Source: Amoeboradix gromovi X-113 (Eukaryota; Fungi; Sanchytriomycota). Taken from it: a stretch of 8,587 bases of DNA. The DNA is taken from contig JADGIF010000437.1 of NCBI GenBank assembly GCA_018985225.1, forward strand, positions 1-8,587. Reading direction: 5' to 3'. The notes under the pieces were generated by a model. It saw only the letters and a program-made list of their open reading frames with translations, made no database searches and had not been told where the DNA came from. Shown one piece after another: positions 1 to 6,832 of this stretch (position 1 is its first letter; each line of letters begins with the position of its first letter). The position numbers were made by a program, and so were the translations under genes.

Positions 1-28
1 ATCTAAAGTAAAAGCTCAAATATTAAAT

Positions 29-2335
29 TTATTCAATGTTCTCTGACAGATAAGAGACTATGCGCTTTTTGTGTATAGTTCCTAGAAAACCTCCATTAAT
101 GTCCACCACACATGCATACCGTATACCTAATTTCCAAAAGAGCTGCAAAACGAAATCCTGAGAAGCTCTTGGCGAAACAATTATAGGTGTGTAGTTCACA
201 AAAATTGTAAAATCGTTACTGTCATCATCTTTATTCAAGTTATTTCGCATAAAACAACAGTTTGCTTCTAATCCATTTGCCCGCACCGACTTCAATCCAA
301 ATCTTAGTTCGCTTTCGTCAATAAACCCAGCCAGTTTGTCCTTCAGTAATATTGGGAACCCCACATCCACTCGCGATTCCTCATTTTGTTTTAGTTTCAA
401 CAATAGCGACTTTGTTGAGTTATTCTCTTCAATATATATGCAGGTCTCGGAGACATCCATTACTAAATCTATAAACGCACTGGTTTTTTGACCTAAAATA
501 CGGCCGTCTTCTAGGAATATCTCTGGCTTTATGCTTGGCAATTCTGACGGTATATCTAGCAGTTTTGGATTTAAAAAAGGAAGATGATTAAATTCGATTT
601 GGCGCTCAGTTAACGACAATTTATTAAAGAAATTGGCTGTCCAACTAGCCACCAACGTCGCGATCATTATCGGAATTACAAAATGCATGTTTCCTGTCAA
701 TTCATAAAATATAACTACAGAAGATACAGTTAGCCTAGTGACTCCACTCAATGCTGCCGCTGATCCAACTAAGGCATATGAGCTTGCCACTATACATTCT
801 GCACCTGGGTCACACAATTCAAGCCAGCTGGTCCGTTTTAATAAAAACTCAAAAATATGACCTAAAGCTCTACCCATGAGGCCTCCGACCATCATAGTCG
901 GTAGGAATGTACCGCCGGGTACTTTCAGTCCGGTTGTTATGACAAACATGGCTGTTTTTATCACAAAGGCGTACCCTAAATAGAATAACTTGGACTCATT
1001 TGAACTGCATAGCAGTCCTTCTTTTTTATCTTTTGTACAAGTTGTAAATAGTTCAGCCAACAAACCAGGTATACTCAGCTGTGTGATATCAAAGTTAAAG
1101 GACAAAACAGCCGTTACTGTACAAATTACTAAAACTTCTAAAATAGGGAATTTTTGCAAATACACAAGTCTATACTTGGCAAGATATATAACACAATCAT
1201 TAAATACAACTCCAAATAAGCCTCCAAACAATCCCAGTAATGCATAAGGAATTAACTCTATTCCATACCAAGTGTGAACTTGAGTAACTTGGAACAAAAC
1301 AAGGCGATCCTTATTAACATTTATTAATTTAACAGTTAGCGCTGCTACCATTGCAGAGAAATAAGATCTTATCATTGTTTTAGAAGGAAAATAATACGAG
1401 GTTTCTTCTAAACTAAATAAAACACCACCGACTGGACTTCCAAAAGCAGCAGACACACCAACAGCAGTTGCGCAGCTTAGTAACTCTCTCTTTTTAGCTT
1501 CATTTCTGTTGTACTTGTCGCTAAATCTGCTAAGTATGTTACCAATGCAACAGCTAATATGTACTAATGGACCTTGAACCGATAAAACTAATCCAGAGGC
1601 AACTGCAAATAAAAGACCAAATATTTTAACTATCAAGGTTCTGGTGCCAAGATACCCCCTGATTATAAAACCGCTAAGAATGGTTTTAATTTCTGGCAGT
1701 CCACTATTTGCACCATAAGGAGAAACAATTTCAGGATATGAGTTAGAATTGGGTTGTTTATATGCAAACTCAAGAGTTATAGCAACGGCTAAGTACCCAA
1801 AAAGCAACGAAAATAAAAAATAAATGGAGAAGTCTACAAACATGGAATTTGAGTTTTTAAAGAATGTTAGTGAAGACCATGGCAGCCATGATGAGCAGTT
1901 GCCCAGTAAATATCGACAGCATTTACTTCTATGATACAGCACATTGTCTATACAGTATCCCGCTTTTATATCCTGCAGATATACAGCAAAATATACCAAA
2001 AACACCTGAACTACTCCTACACTTACACCTAGTATAAACAGTAACATCCAAACTTGCATTTCCTTCCATAACCAGTTTATTGCTGATGTTGTGGGCATCC
2101 TTAAATATGCTTTATACTGTAAGGCGTCATGAAACCAGTCTATAGTATTATAGTCATGATAATCTATACGCTGTCCGTGAGTAGCCAAATTATCGTATGA
2201 CCTTAGTTTCCGTTCTTTTCTTTTAACATTTTGAGATAGCGAGTACCTTTTACGCATTGTAATTGAGACGAATGAGGATAGTTTCAAAAATTTGGACCTG
2301 CACGTTAAATCATAAAGTAGCTCATACAGTGGCAT
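29..2335 (-). CDS. CLC-family chloride channel/transporter (ClC-3/4/5 / fungal Gef1-like) with two C-terminal CBS domains; atypical pore residues. The real start may be the second Met (ATG at 2257, MRKRYS...)
   Basis: Uninterrupted 768-aa ORF with CLC signatures: TIDW, NSGLPEIKTILSGF (GSGIPE motif), SGLVLSVQGPLVH (GKEGP motif position), AAFGSPVGGVLFSLEETSYYFP, VPGGTFLP, LSGVTRLTVSSVVIFYELTG. CBS-like segments GFPILLKDKLAGFI and TPIIVSP...LFWKLGIRYACVV...LGTIHKK. Confidence 0.96.
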   Translation of the reverse strand: MPLYELLYDLTCRSKFLKLSSFVSITMRKRYSLSQNVKRKERKLRSYDNLATHGQRIDYHDYNTIDWFHDALQYKAYLRMPTTSAINWLWKEMQVWMLLFILGVSVGVVQVFLVYFAVYLQDIKAGYCIDNVLYHRSKCCRYLLGNCSSWLPWSSLTFFKNSNSMFVDFSIYFLFSLLFGYLAVAITLEFAYKQPNSNSYPEIVSPYGANSGLPEIKTILSGFIIRGYLGTRTLIVKIFGLLFAVASGLVLSVQGPLVHISCCIGNILSRFSDKYNRNEAKKRELLSCATAVGVSAAFGSPVGGVLFSLEETSYYFPSKTMIRSYFSAMVAALTVKLINVNKDRLVLFQVTQVHTWYGIELIPYALLGLFGGLFGVVFNDCVIYLAKYRLVYLQKFPILEVLVICTVTAVLSFNFDITQLSIPGLLAELFTTCTKDKKEGLLCSSNESKLFYLGYAFVIKTAMFVITTGLKVPGGTFLPTMMVGGLMGRALGHIFEFLLKRTSWLELCDPGAECIVASSYALVGSAAALSGVTRLTVSSVVIFYELTGNMHFVIPIMIATLVASWTANFFNKLSLTERQIEFNHLPFLNPKLLDIPSELPSIKPEIFLEDGRILGQKTSAFIDLVMDVSETCIYIEENNSTKSLLLKLKQNEESRVDVGFPILLKDKLAGFIDESELRFGLKSVRANGLEANCCFMRNNLNKDDDSNDFTIFVNYTPIIVSPRASQDFVLQLFWKLGIRYACVVDINGGFLGTIHKKRIVSYLSENIE

Positions 2336-2827
2336 TCGATATTTTATGGTCCAATAGCTAGGGAAATGTTTTTTCGATATAATTTCTTCTCTATCAGCTA
2401 GGTTCTTCGCTATTTACTCGCAGTAACTCAGTGAGTTCCAGATTTGGTTCATGCGCTCATATACCTTTTGGTAAATGGCTGAAGTAGTGACTGCTTAAGT
2501 ATTGTTGACATTAACTGGCAGGATTGGTGCATGCATCAGTAATTCTTTGCTCTAGAGTGTTCCGATCTTCTTTCTTTTCATGCAATAGTAAACAGAAGAC
2601 AATAAAACATTTTATGACTGCAAAGATTTGTTAAGACTTGTTATAAGCAATCATATTCATTATTCTGTACTTACCTAAATTGATCGTAGTACAAGCATCC
2701 TACTGATGTAGTGAATAGCATTAAATAAACTTATCATTATTTCTCTTATGAGACCTAATGATTTAAATACGTTTTATATTTGATGTCGATTTTGTTACAG
2801 AAAAATGGCCGAGCCATTTTCTAAGCC
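2336..2827. promoter_or_regulatory. Divergent (head-to-head) intergenic/promoter region shared by the CLC and kinase genes
   Basis: Non-coding, AT-rich interval between two divergent starts, and the longest intergenic stretch in the window. Individual elements are not mapped. Confidence 0.55.
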
Positions 2828-4687
2828 ATGTCATCCGTTACTGCTTCCCAAAAAAATGTCATTGGGAACTACAGATTGGAGAAAACAGTTGGTTCAGGAA
2901 CATATGGTAAAGTTAAGTTAGCGAAGCATATTATCACGAATGACAAATTTGCTGTTAAAATTATAGATAAATCAAGTATTTCAACTCAAAAACAAATAGC
3001 GCGTATCCAGAGAGAAATTAGGTTTTTAAAGTTGCTACAGCATCCAAATATAGTTAAGGTTTATGAAGTTTTTGAATCTCCAAATCAGATATTTATAGTT
3101 ATGGAATACATTCAAGGTGGTGAACTTTTTGATTATATTGTAGCTCATAAAAGAATTAAGGAAAAGGAAGCGCGCACGTTTTACAGGGAAATATTGAGCG
3201 CGGTGGACTATTGCCACCGTAACGGTGTAATTCATAGAGATTTAAAGCCAGAAAACTTACTATTAAATGACAACAAGAGTATGAAGATTATAGACTTTGG
3301 ATTCGGGAATATTTTCTTTCCAGATGGACTTTTAGACACCTTTTGCGGTTCACCATTCGTATTTTTAATTAACTTAGTATGCAGCACCTGAAATGATTCT
3401 TGGAAAGAAGTATGAAGGTCCTGAAGTAGACATGTGGTCACTTGGAGTTATTTTGTTCGCACTATTATGCGGGCATTTACCTTTTGATGATGAGAATATT
3501 AAGGAGCTGTACAAAAAGATATCTGGAGGACAATACATTATTCCAAGTTATATTTCACCTGGTATCTTGTCATTAATTTAGAGGCTAAAAACCTAATTCA
3601 ACGTCTTATTACCGTAGATCCTAGGAAAAGAGGCACATTGCCTGAAGTTCTACAGCATCCCTGGTTGAATGAAGGTTTCGATGGACCGCCGGAGAATCAT
3701 TTGCCTAAACGACCAACTATTACTGATATTAAACTATTAGACCCTGAAATACTCACAAGAATGGCTGCTTTTGGACATACTACAGAGGAGATTCAAAAGG
3801 CTTTTGAATCTGATCAATCGCAGAATAGACCAAATCCAATAAGATCAACCTATTTTCTGCTTCAAGAGATGATGGAGAAAGAGCGCAGAAAGTCCAGTGC
3901 AGGCCAGTCCCAAGGCACATTATCCAATGAAGAAAGGAAGAGCACTACTTTATTTGCAATTACAGAAGACAAACCACTGTCGCCTAATAACAACATAGAA
4001 AATGCGAAGAACAACTTTCCTTCTATGCCGCAAGTTACACCAGAAAGAGATAGAGGTCGCAGAGCATCTGCATTCGATACCAGAACACCCCAGCCTGATA
4101 GACAACGGAACTCAACAGCGGACGGTACGAAACAACAAGTTACCGTCTCTTCTCAAAATCTTTCGCCTACTAACGGACCAAAATCGGCTCCTGTACAGAG
4201 TGTAAACACTTTGCAAGTCCCTACATCTGAAGACAAAGGTAGAAGACATTCAGAAACAACTATAGAGTCTGATACGAGCGATAGGAGTTTAAATGACGGG
4301 TCGGATCCTGCTATCAAATCATTAACTAGCTGGTTCTTGAACAATCAAACAACTTCGAACAAACAGCCAGCAGAAATAATTGGGGAGGCAGTAAGGGTTT
4401 TAAAAGAAAATGGGATTCATTATGCTATTGATGGCTATTCAATTGAATGTGTTCAAGACGAAAAGCTCACAGAACAGGAATTCCAGTCATATCAATCAAA
4501 AGATATAAGAAGAGGGTCCATCATGGCCATACCACCGCAAATGTCGAAGAATGCAGTAGTATTTAGAATTGAAGTTGGAAAAGTGCCCAAGATAAGCATG
4601 CACGGAATTACATTCAAGAGAATCAGTGGTGGAGTATGGAACTATAAAAAGATTTGCAACAAGATTGTGCAGCAAATGAATTTATAA
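2828..4687 (+). CDS. MARK/Par-1/Kin1-family (AMPK-related, CAMK group) Ser/Thr kinase, 606 aa; spliced as join(2828..3358,3378..3561,3582..4687); kinase domain + UBA-like region + disordered linker + C-terminal KA1 domain
   Basis: Motifs [19 protein letters not shown] and DFG are present. Removing two tiny introns restores the activation loop DTFCGSPF|YAAPE and the end of the domain, ISP|[29 protein letters not shown]. The KA1-like C-terminus is [41 protein letters not shown]. Exon lengths 531+184+1106=1821 nt keep the frame. Confidence 0.95.
3359..3377 (+). other. 19-nt spliceosomal intron (phase 0) in the kinase gene
   Basis: GTATTTTTAATTAACTTAG. GT...AG ends, branch-like TTAAC next to the 3' TAG. 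Removal gives the conserved GSPF-YAAPE with no indel. Confidence 0.95.
3562..3581 (+). other. 20-nt spliceosomal intron (phase 1) in the kinase gene
   Basis: GTATCTTGTCATTAATTTAG. Removal creates the codon G|AG (Glu) and joins ISP to [17 protein letters not shown], the conserved kinase subdomain X-XI region. Confidence 0.95.
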
Positions 4688-4706
4688 ATAAATTAAATAC
4701 TTTATT
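4687..4706. terminator. Back-to-back polyadenylation signals of convergent genes (AATAAA + at 4687-4692; AATAAA - at 4701-4706)
   Basis: Each gene ends TAAATAAA on its own strand, and only 18 nt separate the two stop codons. Confidence 0.65.
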
Positions 4707-5480
4707 TAGGTGTCTTTCATAGATTCTTTGATTTCTTTATTTATAAATGATTTAACATTAAGTTCTTGTTGAATTTCTTGAGTCGATTCTCTTCTCTGCC
4801 TCCTTAAGTCCTTAATGTTAGTTCGTAATTCCATGTTCTCCTTTTCCAGATGTTTAACTCGCAAAAACAACTCGCTGTTCTCGATGTAGTTGTCATCTGT
4901 TTGAGTTTCTTGATTTTGAAAACTTGAAAATTCATCAGATATGGAGCTTTTAGATTCTGATCTGTTCCAGTTCATCAGTCGAGAAACAGGTCTCTTCTTC
5001 TTATCGATTTCCTGTTGCTCTGAAGCTTGCGATTTCTGCTTCTCCTTCTATATAAGTTATAACTACTTTATCAAAATATGCTTGCATATCAAGAGAGTCA
5101 GAAAATGATTGAGGTCTAGAACTACTGCTAGATCTTTTTTGCCGTGTTATAGTGGGACTTGCTGATACAGTCTGTTCTATCTCGCTATCTGTATAGTTTC
5201 CCCGTGATTGCCTTGACAAAAAGGAGCTAGACCCATCATTACTTTTTCTGTGTTCACTCTTAAATTCAGATGAAGTGCTTTGATGTAGTTCTATCTTACT
5301 TTTCCTTGTATTCAGGCTTCCCTTAGAGTTTTTTGAGGAGTTGTCATTATACTCTACTGTAGGCTTTCTCTTAAGTTTTAGATCTTTGTTATTTTCAACT
5401 TCTTTAGATTCGTTCTTATTGTAATCTTCAGATTTGAACGCGAACAACTTGTTCATGTGGCTTTTTTCAGGCTTTATCAT
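4706..5480 (-). CDS. Hypothetical Ser/Lys-rich disordered protein with a TQT motif and C-terminal coiled coil, about 251 aa; complement(join(4706..5047,5067..5480)); frame is also open upstream to ATG 5564
   Basis: The ORFs 5001..5564 and 4706..4975 join in frame on removing a 19-nt GT-AG intron, giving ...MQAYFDK|KEKQKSQASEQQEIDKKKRPVSRLMNWNRS.... I chose the start at MIKPEK because the preceding 28 codons differ in composition and abut the upstream gene's stop; the start is uncertain. Confidence 0.75.
5048..5066 (-). other. 19-nt spliceosomal intron (phase 0)
   Basis: Minus strand GTAGTTATAACTTATATAG has the same GTA...TAAY...TAG design and size as the kinase introns, and its removal fuses two frameshifted ORFs. 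No homology control is available, so it is less certain than the kinase introns. Confidence 0.85.
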
Positions 5481-5564
5481 TGAAAATCTGGAATACCATT
5501 TAGCATTAAAGATAGCGGATATCAGAATGCCATTAAACCAAGGTGTAAATAGGTAAACAGTCAT

Positions 5565-6791
5565 TTATTCTTTTGATTTCAGATCCCTCCTGACTAAAGT
5601 TTGATGTTGATGGCTTCTGTTCAATGTCTGCATCAGTATTTCACTGCTTGATTCTTTAGACCTTAAGAATCTGACCTCGTTCCATAATACCTTGTTTCTT
5701 TCCCGCAGCTCATCCACGGTATCGTTTTGCTTAATTATTGCATCATCGTACTCTCTAACTTTTGTGGTCAATGCTTCGTTCAACTTCCAAAGTTGGCCTA
5801 CTAGGGCGTTTGACATAACTAAAAGATCTTCCGTTTGGCATTCCTGATTAACTGTCGTACTTTTTTGAAAACTTAGCAACAGTTCCTCGTCTGTCTGTGT
5901 CATCATTTCATTGAATTGTTTGTTAATCGCTTCAAACACATCAATAGCTGTCTGGATTTCCTTATCCACCAGCAGTCGCTCTTCTGTTTCAACTAGTTCT
6001 ATTGGACTTTTCTTCCTTGTGGATTCTTTTTCAAATAATTCGTCCATTTCCTCTAAAGATACTTTGATCCCGTCATTTATTGATATTTCAACATCAATAT
6101 TACCCTCAAACGACTCACGTATATTTCCTGATACAAACTTGACTGAGTCTTGTGACCTGGGTTGAACAAGACTGTCAGTTAGATAGCTCAATTTTCTCAG
6201 AAATTGATCAGTGGGATCATTACTATCTTTGAGGTTATTATTTGAAGCGGTTTGATGATTTCTCTGCGCAAGACTATTTAGCTCATCTATAATGTTAACT
6301 ATTTCTTTGTCAGTAGCTGTCTTCAGAATCGTTTTAGCTCTTGTAACCGGTGCAACGCCTAGGTACGGCACCAAATAGTCATATGAGACATATTGCTTAT
6401 CTTCCTCCCTTACACTAGGTGTGGATATTACTGGCTGTGTGTTCTCTTCTTGTTCTCTCGTCTGCAACAGGTTTTCTAAATCTTTTAGGCTCAAGTTACC
6501 AGATTCTTTTACATTTTGTTGCGAAGTTGTCAAGGATATCTTTGAAGAGTTGGGTGTACTTTTAACTACTTCCTCTATCAGTCTCATATTAAAATGTGGT
6601 TGTATATGCACCGATTTAACTTTACGTTCCTTTCTGTTAGGAACCAGCGTTCTTTTAGTGACATCTTCATTTCTTTTTCTATTGCTCAATTTGGAAAATA
6701 ATGATGTTGATTCCTTGTCTACAGCTTTATCCAAAACTCCCTCTTGAACAGTGCTCTGTCGTGAGCTTGTTTTTGAGTAAATCGCGCTCAT
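5565..6791 (-). CDS. Hypothetical 408-aa protein; disordered N-terminus, three spaced QT motifs, C-terminal coiled coil
   Basis: Long ORF in AT-rich DNA with ATG and TAA. Heptad-like C-terminal region LVGQLWKLNEALTTKVREYDDAIIKQNDTVDELRERNKVLWNEVRFLR. AATAAA overlaps the stop. No family recognised. Confidence 0.8.
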   Translation of the reverse strand: MSAIYSKTSSRQSTVQEGVLDKAVDKESTSLFSKLSNRKRNEDVTKRTLVPNRKERKVKSVHIQPHFNMRLIEEVVKSTPNSSKISLTTSQQNVKESGNLSLKDLENLLQTREQEENTQPVISTPSVREEDKQYVSYDYLVPYLGVAPVTRAKTILKTATDKEIVNIIDELNSLAQRNHQTASNNNLKDSNDPTDQFLRKLSYLTDSLVQPRSQDSVKFVSGNIRESFEGNIDVEISINDGIKVSLEEMDELFEKESTRKKSPIELVETEERLLVDKEIQTAIDVFEAINKQFNEMMTQTDEELLLSFQKSTTVNQECQTEDLLVMSNALVGQLWKLNEALTTKVREYDDAIIKQNDTVDELRERNKVLWNEVRFLRSKESSSEILMQTLNRSHQHQTLVRRDLKSKE

Positions 6792-6832
6792 ATAAAAATG
6801 GGTAACAGTATAAATTCATTTGTTTTTTATTG

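Noticed and set aside
990-1247. Plus-strand 85-aa ORF
   Set aside because: Antisense shadow of the CLC gene with no recognisable features.
2425-2437. AACTCA-G-TGAGTT dyad in the divergent promoter
   Set aside because: A single 6-bp dyad is expected by chance and has no further support.
2668-2676. TACTTACCT, resembling the U1 snRNA 5' end
   Set aside because: The following sequence shows no U1 stem-loops or U1-70K loop that I can fold. It may be chance or a minus-strand GTAAGT donor-like site.
3340-3640. Kinase as a frameshifted pseudogene, programmed frameshift or three separate genes
   Set aside because: Both breaks are bounded by GT...AG, and excision restores conserved motifs exactly.
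3035-4344. Small ORFs 3035-3235, 3232-3441, 4002-4205 and 4153-4344
   Set aside because: Antisense or alternative-frame shadows inside the kinase CDS.
5911-6747. Plus-strand ORFs 5911-6165 and 6421-6747
   Set aside because: Ser/Leu/Phe-rich antisense mirrors of the Glu/Lys-rich 408-aa gene, with non-ATG starts.
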